A DNA stretch of 62,891 bases, counting the filler, from Basidiobolus meristosporus CBS 931.73 (taxonomy: Eukaryota > Fungi > Basidiobolomycota): NCBI GenBank assembly GCA_002104905.1. It is 3 parts of 3 records of this genome, joined end to end, with 100 filler letters (N's around TTAATTAATTAA, not from the genome) between each part and the next. Parts side by side here need not be neighbours in the genome. Positions count along the whole stretch, not along the records: positions 34,978 to 62,891 come from MCFE01000894.1; 2 more parts are not named here. One strand, given 5' to 3'. Shown piece by piece: positions 46,281-61,000 of the stretch; the first letter of the stretch is position 1; each line of letters starts with the position of its first letter. The notes below the pieces were generated by a model that ran no database searches, had not been told where the DNA came from, and was given only the letters and a program-made list of their open reading frames with translations. Both the position numbers and the translations under genes were made by a program.

Positions 46281-49200
46281 TGCTGCAATTTAAGAAGTGC
46301 TTCAGATATAAGGAACTTGTCAAGAAATTGTGATAATAGTTGAACTGTTGTGTGTTAATAAAGAGGCTCAGTTATTATACCTTTGTAGATGTAATACAGC
46401 TGTAACACTAAGTAAGGAGGGTTTCTCAATATTCAGGAGCATTCTGTAACAGTTTCAGGGTTAGTACATAATAGTTAGTATTAGTGCTAATATGATCCTG
46501 ACTATAGGGGAATAGTCATAAGATCATAGATCTGAAGAAAGTGGCAAAGTTAGAGCTGTAAATTAGTCCCACAGTGAGCAAGACTAGTCCAGAATTGTCA
46601 AGTAAATTTTTAGCTGCAGAATGATACCAAATAGTCCAATATTTCAGCAATCCCCCTCAACTAAATAGTTTCCTAGTCCTAATTCCTCCCTGAGATTCTC
46701 AAATTGTGGCCTAACTAGTGGTTTTGTCAATATATCTGCCATCATTTTGTTATTTGGTGAGTACACTAACTCTACTAAGTTATTTTCACAGCTTCCCTCA
46801 CAAAGTGATGCAGTATATCAATATGCATAGTTCTGGCATGATTAGTAGGAATTCTAGCTAATGAAATACATCTTTGATAATCCTTGCATCTACCTGTTGG
46901 TTCATCTGAATTAAAACCCAAGTCTTTGAATAGTTTTGGTAGCCATATAGCCTCCTTAGTTGCTTTACATGCAGCCATATATTCTGCTTCAGTTGTAGAT
47001 GGGGCCACAGTTGGTTGTTTCTTGCAATTCCAAGTAATAGCTGTACCAGCATAAAGAAATACATAGCCTGTGGTAGAGCATCTGTCAATCAGATCCCTAC
47101 CCCAATCTGAATCACTTTAACCATTAAATTTTTGCCTATTATCTGCTCCAGAGTATTCCAGTACCATATTCTTGGTACCTTGTAGATATCTGAAAATCTG
47201 CTTAACTGCTGCAATTTGATCTGATCAAAAATTCTGCATGTATTGACTAACTATTCCAACTGCCACTGCAATATCTGGACGTGTAGACACCATCAAGTAC
47301 ATTAGGCTACCAACCATTGACTGAAAGGGAAAGTTTTGGTCAATATCTGAGCTATTTCATCTATCACTGGCTGGGGTTTGCTTAATTTTGAGTTATTGTC
47401 CATAGGGGTAGCTTCAGGTTTGCAATTTTTCATTTTAAAGCGTCTAAGAATGTCCCTGATGTACTTAGACTGATTCAGCACAAAATTCTGCGTAGGTATG
47501 TCAAATTTGACCTCAATTTCAAGAAAATAGCTCAATTTTCCAAGATCTTTCATCTCAAGCTTGCTGAAGAGATATTATTTTGACTGTTTAAGTGCCTCTT
47601 GGTGACATGTAGCTAAAACTAGGTCATCCCTGGATCTGGGAATAGCCTTTAGCCACTAATCTAGCCTTGTACTTATCAACAGCACCATTTGAGGTTATCT
47701 CGATCTTGTAGACCCATCTACATCCTATTGGCTTTCCCACATTTGGTAAGTTTACCAGTTCCCACATTTTTGCCTTGATCAGTGATTGGTACTCCTCCTG
47801 CATAGCTTGTTGCCCCATAGGAGCATATGGACTTTGCATTGCCTGTTCCAGATTCTGAGGTTTGGCACAACAGGCAAGATAAGCTTCTTCATGATCATTG
47901 GATGTCTGCCACCAGGATCCAGGGGCATTTCTTATTCTGGTAGATCTCCTAACTGGGATAATCTGTTCTGATCTGCAACTGGTAGTAATATCTTCAATAT
48001 CTGGCTGGAATTGGTATGTATTATCTTCATTAGTGTTGGTTGTATCATCAGGCAGCTGGCCAATGATTTCTGTGGCTTTCTGATCTTTATTCTCCCCAAA
48101 TACAATGTCCCTGCTCTTGATCAGCTTCTGAATTTTGCCATCATACACTCTATACCCTTTAGTATCTTCACAATACCCAAGAAAGATCCCTTTCCTACCC
48201 TCCATTATCTCCCTGTTGTACCTTCAAATTACACCCAGTTTGTGTTTCTGCCATGTTCTTGAAGTGCTTAAACCTCTTTAAAGCTTCATCCTTTGTTTTG
48301 AGGAAAGTACACCCATGCATATCTTGTTTTGTCATCAATAAGCCTCACGAAGTATCTCTTGGCTCCAGAGGACAGTGTTTTCATGGGGCCACATATGTCT
48401 GAGTATACTATAGCCAGTATTTTGGTGGTATTGATGCATTCTGAGCTCTTGAAACATTGCCTAGCTTGTTTGCCATATGAACATCCCTTACAAACATTCA
48501 ATTTGATTGGAAGTGAGTATTTTAGGCCCAAAACAAGCTGATTTTTCACCAATTGGCTCATTTTCTGTTCCCCAATGTGTCCTGGCCTCCTATGCCATGT
48601 CTCCCTGTTGGTTTCATCAGTTTCAGCAATGTTAACATACTCAGGTACAATGATCTTGCAATGTAGCTTGTTTATATTGTGATCTCTGATTCCTAGAGCT
48701 AATTTTTGTCCATTCTCACACAATATTGTGCAGCTCATCTTAGTAAAAACAAATTTCAGTCCCTCAGCAGTTGCTTTACTGACTGAGAGTAGGTTCTTAG
48801 CTATATCCAGGTACATAGAGTACTTCAGTGAGTTGTGCTGCAGTTGCCCCTGAGCTATTGCGCATATTTAGTTGTATAGACCCACTTGCAGTTGCATCCA
48901 GAGCAGAGTAGTCTCCCAGATAAACCTTTCTTACAGGAATAGTTTTTAAGTTGCTGAGCCACTCCTTTATACCCCAAATATGCTGTGAGGCTCCAGAGTC
49001 AATATATCATTCATTACTTTGGATACTTGCATTCTCTTGTACGGTTACAAATATCTTTTCATCAGTAGTCATATGGTTTGCCTGCTCTTGTTTCTGTTTT
49101 TTGTCTTCTGGTTTCTTCTTGCATTCTCTTGCCCAGTGTCCTGGCTTTTTACAATAGTTGCAGCAACCAGGTTTTCTTTGGTTTTGTTGTTTTCCCCTCT

Positions 49201-49312
49201 TTTCTGAGTACCTTTCTGAACTGAATAAAGCATTATCTTTGATTTTCTCTGCTTGCTCATTACACCTGAGTTCATCATGGAGAAGTCTTCCTTTGACATA
49301 GTGTAAAGTCTT
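46281..49312 (-). mobile_element. Degenerate Ty1/copia: 3' LTR 46281-46649 and internally deleted pol; 5' end missing
   Basis: LTR with TGCTG...CAGCA ends and PPT tccccct. ORF pieces 47302-47553, 47624-48205 and 48286-48816 match the 12442-15825 polyprotein. Confidence 0.9.
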
Positions 49313-50351
49313 TATGAATGAACATCCTTCATGGTTACCTGAGCTTTCATTTTATGCTGATAATCAATCTGATACAGAGAATTAGCCAATGGGCTTGTTC
49401 ACTAGTGCTAGATCAGCTTAGTACAATGTGTACCTTCTGGCACTACTTTATTCAGCATAATGTTGGTAGTGGCATTTAACAATTGGAATCTGTGGTAATT
49501 TATATTTGCATTACTCATAGCAGTGCAATAGCAGCTTTATGCACTATTCATTCTATATTGAACACATCTCATTCAATGGATGTCTCCTGTTTGATTACTC
49601 AAAGAAACAATCAAGATCTTGGATATTGATGAGTGTTTGCTCTGAGTAGTTGGAAATGTCAACCTTCAACAAGTGGCCCAATAAACCTGACGATATGAAC
49701 TACTAGAGTCTTTGCTAAGTATTACAATGCCAGCATACTGGCATATGTTATAACAACTAATGCCAACAGTCTCCATTGAGATGCCTTTCACCAAGTCAGT
49801 ATGTGAACTTTAGAGCAACACTACCAAAGCTTGCAAAGCTGCTAATTTGACACAAGCCTGTCACAGCACACCAAATTGCAACTATAGACAACTTCATAGT
49901 GCTCTAAGCAAGGAGCTCTGCCTTCATAGAAAGTTAAGCCAACAAATGCTGCTGCACATGATCATGACCAAGTTATACTTGCTGTATTGACAAATGAGAC
50001 CCAATGGAGATATCCTCTACCCCAGCAGCCTTTGTCAGGAAAGTGAGCATATCAGCATGCAGTATTCAGGCTAGGTCTACAACCTCATCTGGTGTAATTT
50101 AACATGACCAAATTTGAAGCCTGGATTACTCGCATAGGAGGCAAAATCCTTAATACCCGTACACAAGTGGCTAAGACAACAGTCAAAAAAGGGCAGATTT
50201 GGTATAAAAGTGAAGGACAATACCAAACACTTGAGTAAGAACATTACAGTATATTGTGTGTATACTTGATAATGATTGGTATTTGCTTGATTCAAGCTGT
50301 ATATGTGCTTAGTAAATCAATATATAGATGCAATCTGCAAAGCCAGTAGCA

Positions 50352-50606
50352 TTGCCAGATCAATTGCTGACTAATTGTATTTCCTGATGTAGGTTGTCGC
50401 TGATGACTCATCTGATTGCATCATCATCACCCAATAAGATCCTACTTAATATATCTATTTCTGTCTGATCAGGATCTGCTGATTCATTTGCTGACTAATG
50501 CTACTGATTTCATAGATAATACTGATATACTGATAACCTAAACATATACTAATTGATTTGACTAAAAACTGATCTAACTTAGACATTCAAGTGGCAGATC
50601 ATAACA
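50352..50606 (-). repeat. Partial gypsy LTR
   Basis: ttgccagatcaattgctgactaattg...cagatcataaca matches 41378-41632. Confidence 0.9.
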
Positions 50607-53179
50607 TTACTACCTTTGTTTAGCATTTGCTAGATTGCTTTTATGTTGGAGAAAATCCTTGATCAATCATTGAAACTAGGGTGCACATTTTCAGAACATC
50701 TAAAGTAATACCAATTGGCATATTTGACAGCATGTCTAAGGGTCATTAGAGCAACTGGAACACAAAAGATACAATATAATATTGAAATAACAAAGATTCC
50801 ACCTGATATCTATTATATTTAGAGCTAGTAGCAATTGAATGATGTATTTGAGATAATTCACTTAGTATTCACTGTGTAACATATTTGCTAATCATCAGAA
50901 ATTGGTGATGTGCAGAATTTTAGGAAACTCTGAGACTAGTCCAAATGAGCTCTAACCTAGCAGAGGATAGTAGCCTTGTATTTTTTGATAGTCTACATAG
51001 TTTCAGCCTGTGTATAGTTCTGGATTGCGCTGGCACTGCACAACACTATCTGGCTCCATAATTTCCAACACAATGCAATCAGCAGGAAGCAATTACTGGT
51101 AATTTGATCAATCTTGCTTACATAACTCAGAACAACTCTTTTCTTGCTTTCTTAATACTTCATAGTGATCCAGACACATTTCTCTCAGTTAGTGTCTTCT
51201 TGTATAAATATACTCTGAATTTATAAGCATCTTGACTGTTTTACCTACCCTACTGTTCTCAACCTATACCTGACTCTCTTCTGTGTCAACCTGCCAATAT
51301 ACTTAATTTTTTCAGACAACTAGCAATGCTCTACTTTTACTCTGGATTGTTTGATAAGCTGAGAGCATAGTTTTGGCTTTCTGCCAAGCACACCATTCCT
51401 TTTCTTTTTATTGACTGTGAAGCAATCATTGGTTGAAAAATCCACCACTTTATCAGCCAGGTCTACAAAGCACTTCTGCCCTGCATCTACTTCTTTATAA
51501 TTCTCTACCCAGAGTGCCTTCTTATAAAGGTGATTCTTCATTGCTGTCAGCTGGGTATGATAATTTCCAGAACTTTTGTCATCAAGGAAAAAGGGACTAA
51601 ACCTTGTATGGCAGTATTTCTTTTAATAGCAGAGGAGCTTAACAAGGGATCTTCTTGAATAGAGTTGGGATCATAGTTCACAATATTTTGTAAAGATCTT
51701 CTATAATGTGTTAACAGGGAGCTCAGTGGTAGTGATGGTATTTGCAACAAAGATTCATTCAGATATATAGATCATATTATGATTGGAAAGTGAATAAGGC
51801 AGCATGAGTTGAGTTGATTATGTGCAATCAGCTTAGTTTATATGACATTCCTTGCATTATGATCAAATCATCAATTGCAAAGTATTTCATCATTAGATCG
51901 CAAGAATTATCATCAAGCAATGACTTGCTGATTTTATGGATAAATTACTCGTAAGTCTATTTTGAGATAGGAAATCCGCAACTGATGCTATCTGATCTGT
52001 GCCAATGAAATCCAATCTGCACCAAGCATAATATATTGAGAGTGCAATAATCACACTGGTTTTCATGTGCATTTCAAACAAGACTAAGAAAATGACAAAA
52101 GCTTTTGTAATAGCATACATATCCATCATTATGTTACATATACTAAGCCTCAACTCATCTTAAGTTCAACTTTGACAAAATCAATCCCAAGCTCACAAGC
52201 ATAGTCAAGACTAGAGAAGTAATTTTTGGGATCTGTTGAAACTATTGTCATATATTTTGGTTTGGCTTAGTGTCTATGATGAATCTTCTTGCATATTTTT
52301 GGGCATTACTTATAAATCTGACAGACCTGGCTACCTTAGGGAGTTGACAGAGATGGAAGAATCTGAAAAGACAGCAGTGGCATGAGTTCTGGAACAAGAT
52401 ACTAGCAGATGTATGCACAAGATTAATATCATGGTAAGTATTGTATTAAGAATAATTTGAGAGTGAGGGGGATGATGAAGTTGTGCACAATCAACTACAC
52501 ACACAACATGTGCACTACCAATCAGATGCATATGTTTGTGCCCTAACTTTGGGAACAATGAAGATCTTGAATAACTTTTTGCCTCAAGTTACTAATGTCT
52601 ATGTGAAAAATGAGAAGAGTGCAGTTGCATTCAAGATCAATTTCCCAGGACTTACTAAGGCATCAGTTTCAAGAAATTGGAAGGCAGGTAGGTGAATATC
52701 TTGAGAAACAAGCAAGCTTGCTTCAAGAGGAATAAAACCAACCATATGCAACTGAGGCAAGATATCACCAACACACCCGGTTGGATTTCTTACAAGTCTT
52801 GCAATATTAGTGTGCTGGAGCACCTCATTTCAATCTACACTGGCATCTGTGGCCAGAGCATCATGCACTAAGTTAATGCATGTTGGGCCAAGATACATAG
52901 CTCAGAGCAAAGTAACAGGAGCTTGCCAAGCTGCCTAATTAGACACAAGTCTACATGCATGGGCCAAGTTAGCTATACATACAGCATCACATCAAGCAAA
53001 GCCAGGGGCCATGACAATATTTCATGTTGCACCTGTTCATGATGTCAAACCTGTCCAGCAGCAGGCTACATCTGGAGAACTGACTGACAAAGACCCACCA
53101 CAAATACCTTCATTGTAGGAGCCTTTGGCTAGTACACAAATGAATACTAAATTTGTGATATATGCAATATCAAGTCTGT

Positions 53180-53870
53180 TTGTGTAAGCATATGAGACCA
53201 TCTGGTATCTTTCATCAGCAAAATGTAGACCGGATTATTCTGGACTGGTCCCATTCACTGTAGGACTATTTGATAGCTCTAACTTTGACACTTTCTTTGA
53301 GATCCATAATACTACAATTATTCCTTTTTGGTCAAGAGCACATTGGCACTCTGCACTAGCCCAAATACTGCTTTGTAATGCTCCTGAAAGTTAAGAAGCT
53401 CTACTTACTTAGCATTGTAGTTGTATTGCTTCTTCAAAGGTAGTACAGTAGAGCACTTTACAGAAAAACAACAGCTCAACTATTGTCATTCTATCTTGAT
53501 TAGTTCTATATATCCAGAACACTTCTAAAAATACAACAGTTTACGTGCTCCCATTCCCTTAATCCACCATAATGAAGACTTCTGTCAGTAAACAGAGCAA
53601 TTTAAACCTCTCCCCTGCAAAAGAGAGGTTTGATAAGAATAACTAAACACTTTATAGAATCAAGATGCAGATTCACCTTGAGGAAAGAGAGGTTTAGAAT
53701 ATAGTAGTGGGAAGGAGAGTTAAGCCCAACCAAACAGCAGACAAAGTTGAAAAGTTTTAAGAAAACAAGCAATAAAACCTTACTCCTATATGTATCAATG
53801 TGCAATATTCCTACATAGGACAAATTCATACTTCTAATACCACCACAACTGCTTGGATATTCTGTCTTTT
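53180..53870 (+). mobile_element. Old copia 5' LTR (~53180-53538), degenerate PBS and gag start
   Basis: Diverged match to the family LTR ending atacaaca, followed by gtttacgtgctcccc and gag-like sequence. Boundaries approximate. Confidence 0.65.
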
Positions 53871-53889
53871 CATCAATAAGTAGCATCAT

Positions 53890-55250
53890 TTTTCACTATA
53901 TATGGAGGAGCTCAGCTTAGTAAAAACTAAATTTAGCCCCTAAGTAGTTGCTTCACTCAATGAGAAGCAGTTCTTGACTACTCCAAGCATATGGAGTAAG
54001 TCAGTTAGTTCTTATATTGTTGCCCCTGAGATATCAGTCAAATTAAGCGGTGTAGACACACTGGCAGTAGCTTCTAATAAAGAGTTGCCTCCCAGATTAA
54101 CTTACTGGCATTGATAGTACTTAAGTTTTAAACCACTCCTTTACACAACCACTATACTGCAATGCTGCAGAGTCAATATGCCATTCTTTACATTAGTTAT
54201 TTGCACTATCCTGTACAGTTAAAAATGGCCATTTGTCTGAATTTCTATGGTTTGCCTGCTCTAGTATATATTTTATGTCTAATTGCCTATTCTTGCATTC
54301 TCTTGCCCAAAGTCCAGGCTTCTTACAATTGTTATATCAGCCAGGTTTTCTCCAGATCTGTTACTTTCCCTTTTTTTTGTGTGTCTTTCTGTGCTTAATG
54401 AAGCATTTTCTTGGATCTCTTGGAGAGGTCTCTCTTTGACATAGTGAAATATCAGATTGACTTGACTACTTTCAAAAGAAAACATCAGTGGTGCATAGTT
54501 AGCTGGTAGGCTGTAGAGTAGACAATGTATCCTAACGTCATCATCCTCACCAGCATTAACACTGCAAGGTTCTTCTACAACTCTATCTATTCTGTTGATG
54601 AGTTGAAGCATATCATCTTCTGACTTATGCATCATATTAATGAACTCTTTCTTGAATAAAGCTTGCTTGAGGTCTACTTTGCCCTGAAAGTTTACTCTAA
54701 GAACTCCCGTGCAGTTTTAGCATTGCTATAAGCTTGAATTTGTCCAACAAAAGAATCTTGTTGATATAAACATTAGCATTAGCATCTTTCTTCTCCTTCT
54801 CTCAAAACTTGGCAACTTCTTCTGTTCTTTTGGCCCAACTTCCTTTCCTGTCACTATATTTGAAAGCTTTCTTTCTTCAAGGAGGATCTGCATCTTTACT
54901 CTTCAGAGTCTGTAGTTATTCCTAACAAGCCTCTGTTTTACAGGAAGGATGTTTGTATATTTCTGTTTAGTTGTAGAAGTCATCTTTAGAACAGATTAAG
55001 GGAATTGGGGCTTAAAACCTGTTTTAATATAAGATATGTTTTGGATATAAGAAACTTATCAAGACAGAATGCTAATAGTTGAACCGTTACTTACTCATTA
55101 GAAAGCGCTGTATTGATACATTTACAGATGTAATGCAGCTGTAACATTGAGTGAGAAGAGTCTCAGAATATTCAGGAGCATTCTGTAACAGTTTCAGGGC
55201 AATTATACAATAATGGTAAAAGTGCTAGTTGCATCTTGGCTATTCTGGAA
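53890..55250 (-). mobile_element. Old copia gag-protease region with PBS (55007-55019) and partial 5' LTR (from 55020)
   Basis: ORF 54279-54635 resembles the gag of 11144-11332. ggggcttaaaacc is the reverse complement of a degenerate PBS. Confidence 0.75.
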
Positions 55251-56465
55251 TAATCAGCAAATGAATCAGCAGATCCTTATCAGACAGTAGTAGATATATT
55301 TAGTAGGATCTCATTGGGTGATGATGATGCAATCAAATGAGTCATCAGCCATAGCCTACATTAGGAAGTACAATTAGTCAGCAATTGATATGGCAAAATG
55401 TATGTAAGGAGCTGCTGGAACCTCAATAAAAATCAGTTCAAGTTTTAGTGAATACAATACGAGCTAAACTCCTTATTCCTCTACAACTTGTATACCAAGA
55501 CTTGTAATATTGGTAGTAGCAATAACCAGAAACATCCCTCCTGAAGAAAGAAGAAGCCTCCCTCAAGATGTCCAAAAATTCAGAATGGAAGAATACTATG
55601 CAACAATTCCTGGCCCAGCAGCAACAAGGAATGACTACCATGGCCCAAAGCCAGCAAAACCCTGTTACAAGCAACTTTAGTGTGAGGGTCAACCGGTACC
55701 ATAATAGAGTCAATGAAAACCTAGAACTTAGCTCTTCCAGATTGAAGAAGCTTTCAAGGCCAACTGAATTGCTCCAGAAAACAAGTTACATTTTGCAGCC
55801 TCTTACCTGGCAGATGCAGCCTTTCAGTGGTACCACAACAAGAGCAGGTCAGCTACCATGATTGGATACTCTACAATCTCTACCTGGGATGAGTTTGTGC
55901 CAGAAATTCAGGACGCCTTTGACCCCCACACCTACAGACACTGCTAAGAAGAAAGCTGAAGAAACTCAGACAATAAGGAATGGTCTAAGAGTACATCTAT
56001 GAATATAGATGTCTACTTGGGCAAATTGAAAGAATGGACCCTCTGGATCAAGTTGAATACTTTATTGATGGGTTGAAAGAACAAACTTGTAAGGAAGTGA
56101 ATTATTGAAGATATTAGACTATTGAAGCAGCCATCAAGATTGCCTTTGACTATGACTCAGCTATGTTTGGAGTTGGGGAGCCCTCAATGACTAATCAGAG
56201 AGACTACAATCACTATACAAGAAGACAATCAGAAGCAGTGCCAATGGAAATAGAAGCTATGCAGAAGAATCCTACATCAGAGGATGTAAGAAGAAAGGAC
56301 TTTGCTGCAATTGCCACCAGCAGGGACATATTGCAAAGTACTGCCCTTAGAGAAGAAATGGACACCAGCCATCAAGAAAATTTAACCACATTGAGGCCCT
56401 GGAGCATAGTACCAGGAGGATGAACTTGAAGAGGACTCAGAACTCACCTTCCATATGACAGAAGA
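55251..56465 (+). mobile_element. Degenerate gypsy 5' end (partial LTR, PBS ttggtagtagc, gag)
   Basis: ORF 55568-55861 [30 protein letters not shown] is homologous to the intact gag; frameshifted. Confidence 0.9.
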
Positions 56466-56466
56466 T

Positions 56467-58087
56467 TAGACTTCTTCCATTGTACTGTGCCAGTGTGTCT
56501 GGTGCAATCAGTGGTCTTTAAGAGCAATTGGGAGCAATATTGTAGCTACCAGTAGGCTGGATTGCTCTTGGACAATTTTGCACCATGTGGGACAATCTTG
56601 CACACTATGGCACAATCTGACACAACGAGGTTGGCACAAAAGATTGTGCCCACTTGTAATGTTTGCATCACATGTGCAATTGGATACCGCTATTATGGTA
56701 GGTAAAACCCAGTATTTGGATATGTTTCTTCAATAAAATGGAAATAAATGCGTATCACACTATAAGCTACACTGATACTTACCATTTTTGTTACCATCAC
56801 CCCAATTGCATGGTATTTCAGTGGTTAATTGGTTCAAAAGTACCCTGAAGCTTTCAGCCCCAATTGGCTCTTTGACCAATACACAAGCTACCTGATTTAC
56901 CATTAAATATCCCATTTTGCCCATTAAGCAAGTAAATCCCTGATCCTAGTGATTGGACTAGGTGTCATAGCTAGCATACTACCAAATGTATGGGTGCAAA
57001 TCAGATCAAATGGCTGCACTGGTGCCACAGATGATGTATACATATGCACGGTGTCTATTTATAGGGGTCCTGTCACAAATGTGAAACAACCTTGATATTG
57101 CTTATATCAAAAATTTAGAGATCACTGATTTGCAATGGCTCAATGCGGATTGCAAAAAAAAATGAGTTGTTTGGATCAATACAGATAATAGCAATTCAAT
57201 GCAATTACATCATCTTCTCCTAGGCTTTTTTCTCACCGGGATTATTACTGAAGCATTTGGTAGTGATTCACTTTGCACACCTAAATTACTTTCTTGTTGA
57301 CTATCATCTTGTCTACTTGAGTATTTGTAGTCAGTATTTTGCCTCCTGGTTGATGAGTGCAATACTGCAGCTTGGCCATGCTGAATTGCTCCAGATGATG
57401 CAACTGAGCTGGCCTGCAGTGCTATGTGCTGACATGTTCTTTTACTTTCCAAAGGCTCTGGTGGTGGAGGCACTTCATGTGGGTCATCATCCTGCAGTTC
57501 ACCAGTAGAAACTTGCTGATGGTCAGGTGTAATGGCACATGCAGATGCAACTTGATGTGCTGGCTTGGCCCTTGGCTGAGTTCAATGTGATGCAGCTTGT
57601 TGACATGATTTGGCTTGCTCCAATGGACTTGTGTCTTTTTGAGCAGTTTGGCAGGTTCTGGTGGTTTTGCTCTGAAGTGCACATGTTGACCCAATTCACA
57701 TTGAGTCAATGCAGGGTGCTGTAGTGGGGTGACAGTGACACCCACTGACAGATGTGCTTATTCCCTTATTTTCTACTTTCATATATCTCTACCACACTTA
57801 TTTTAGTTTTATCCCATTTGTCTTACCCAATCAGTACTATCCCATAAGCCGGTTGACTATCACACCTGCTTACCCTATTGCATAAGTTACCCCTCACTTT
57901 ATGTAGATTACTAGCTATAAGTGTTTCTATATTAGGCAAGTACCCGCGCCAGTACCTGTGACACATGATCAACCTGTGTTACCATCCCTACCATTTCCAT
58001 ACCATATATGGTATCCCTATGTTACACAGGTTTCAGAATACTGACTCCTGATTGGTTAGATGTGCTGTGCCTCTTAGAACCTTCCGG
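56467..58087. other. Unclassified CpG-depleted repeat-like DNA with clusters of short motifs (CACAATCT ~56580-56660; TTACCC/TACC ~57820-58030)
   Basis: The motif clusters resemble DNA-transposon subterminal repeats. No recognisable transposase. Confidence 0.3.
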
Positions 58088-61000
58088 TGTTACAAGTCTT
58101 GGTATAAGAGTTGTAGAGGAATAGGGAGTTTAGCTAGTATTGTATTCACTAAAACTTGAACTGATTTTTATTGAGGTTCCAGCAGCTCCTTATATACATT
58201 TTGCCAGATCAATTGCTGACTAATTGTATTTCCTAATGTAGGTTGTGGCTGATGACTCATTTGATTGCATCATCATCACCCAATAAGATCCTACTTAATA
58301 TATCTATTTCTGTCTGATAAGGATCTGCTGATTCATTTGCTGACTAATGCTACTGCTTTCATAGATAATACTGATGTACTGATAACCTAAACATATACTA
58401 ACTGATTTGACTAAAAACTGATCTAACTTAAACATTCAAGCGGCAGATCATAACATTCTCCCCTACTAAAGTTGAGAGGGTTCTCCTGAATCTCTTTTCT
58501 TGTGATACCAATATCTTGATGGTTCAGTATTATCAGCAAGTCTTGCAAGCTTGAGTCTGTCCCTATGCACTAAGTCTTCCCGGATATTGCCTTGTTTGTC
58601 CACCAGTTGGTAAGTTGCAAATGGACATTCTCTGATGATCTTGAATGGTCCTGTCCATTGTGGCTCAAACTTCTTCCGAGTGTTGTTTCTTAGCAATACA
58701 AAGTTCCCAACTGTCAATGCTTCTGGTGCTATAGTCTTATCAAATCTCTGCTTCATCTTTTCTGCACTTTGAGATACTTTGGTCTGTGCCTCTTGACGTC
58801 TTTGTTCCAGTTGCTGGTGTCTACTTGGCTGACTGAGTTCATCTTCTAAGGTGTCTGTAAGCTTTGGTTGTGTGAGATCTCCTGGAATCCTTGGTTTACA
58901 TCCATAAACTAAGTAAAATGGTGATTGATGGGTGGTGTTGTGTACTCTGACTCTGCATGCAAAGAGTGCTTGGTCTATATACTCATCCCATCTACTGACA
59001 ACTCCATTTGCATACTTGGTCAGCATTTTTCCAAATAATCCATTAAACCGCTCAGTGACTCCATTAGTTCTGGGGTGATATGCCGAGGTTTTCAAGTGTC
59101 TGATCTGCTGCATTTCCAGGTAAGCCTCTAATGTCTTTGCCATAAAGTTTGCACCTCTATCGGATAAGATCTCCACAGGGCATCCAAACTTCATCAGGAT
59201 CTCATGGTAAATGAAACTTGCAACTTCTTGTTCACTGGCTATTGGTACAGCTTTAGCAACTGGCCATTTAGTGGCATGGTCAATTGCTACTAGGATCCAA
59301 CGGTTGCATTTCCTGGTAGTTGGCAGTCTTCCAATAAAGTCAATTCCCCATCTCTCAAATGGTCTTACAGGCTCCAAAGGGAAGAGTTCGGCAATTCTTT
59401 GTGGCTGGCCTTGATTGATTTGGCAGTTTGGGCATGTTTTTACTAGCTTCTCAATGTCTTGTTTCATTCTGGGCCACCATGCTCTGGCTTTTACAAGGCT
59501 ATAGGTTCCTTCAATCCCAAGATGTCCATATCCATTGTGTAGCTTATGTATTAAATCCAGGCGAGCAACATAAGGACAATAGGCAATAGGGCTTCCATCA
59601 ACAATTCGGTAGAGTGTTTCATTCTGTACAACAAATTTGCTGGCCTCATCACGGATTATCTTCTTGATATCTTCATCCACCTCATTAGGAATGGCTTGGT
59701 CCTCCAAGTACTTTGGTAATAGGCTAGGCCAATCTGATTCATGCACCAAGTTGAGTTGTGCAACTTGATCTAATCTTGATAAGGCATCAGCAACCGTGTT
59801 GTTTTTTCCAGGACAGTAGACAATCTTCAGGTCAAATTGCTGAATGTATTCACTCCATCTTGTCATTCTTCTAGAGAGTACCTTCTGAGTAAATATATAC
59901 TTGAGGGAGGCATGATCAGTCTTCACAGTGCATTTGACTCCTTCAATATAGCATCTCCATGTCTTCAAACAGTGTATTATAGCAAGCATCTCCTTCTCAT
60001 GAACTGGATAGTTTTGTTCTGCTGAGTTCAGTTTCTTGGATTCAAAGGCAACAGGGTAGTCCTTTCCCTCGTGTTCTTGGCTCAGCACTCCACCAATTGC
60101 ATAATCTGAAGCATCTGTGCACAGAGTGAACTCTTTTCTGAAGTCTGGTATTCTTAAGCTTGGCAGCTTAGCAAGTTCATTCTTTAGTGTCTGGAAGGCA
60201 GTCTCACAAGCTATGTCCCACTTGTAGGTATTGTCTTTCTTGAGGATATCAGTTAAAGGGGCTGCAATACTTGCAAATGACTTGACAAATCTCCGATAAT
60301 AGGAAACCATTCCAAGGAAGGATCTGAGTTCTGATATGCTATGGGGCTGCTTCAAATTCTTGATTACTTCCACCTTCTTGGGGTCTAAGGTTACTCCTGT
60401 GCTAGTCACTATGTGTCCCAGATATTCTACGTGTTCCTTGAAGAATTCACACTTGGCTAGCTTGCCATATAGCTTGTTCTCTCTTAGTTTCTTCAAGACC
60501 TTTTCAATGTGCACCATGTGATCCTTTTCTGTCATGCTGTATATCAATATGTCATCCAGGTAGATTATCACAAACTTGTCTAAGTACTCCTGAAAGACAG
60601 TCTGCATCAGCGTCATGAATGTTGCAGGGGCATTAGTGAGGCCAAAACTCATGACTAAGTACTCGTAATGTCCATATCTGGTCCTGAATGCTGTCTTAGG
60701 GATATCTTCTGGTTTCACCCTAATCTGGTTGTATCCTGACATGAGGTCGATCTTGCTGAAAATAGTGGCTCCATTAAGTTGGTCCAAAAGCTCATCAATC
60801 CGAGGTATGGGGTACTTATTCTTGACGGTAACTGAGTTCAGGGCTCTGTAGTCAATGCACATCCTAAGTGTTCCATCCTTCTTTTTCACAAAAAGCACTG
60901 GTGCTCCCCAAGGTGACTTGCTGGGCCTGATGTATCCTTGCTCCAATAGCTGATCAATTTGTTTCTTCATTTCCTCCAATTCCAATGGACTCATTCTGTA

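Noticed and set aside
49313-53180. Possible MULE-like (TTNAN-LH near 49750) or LINE-like remnants
   Set aside because: Too decayed to call; only CpG depletion suggests repeat origin.
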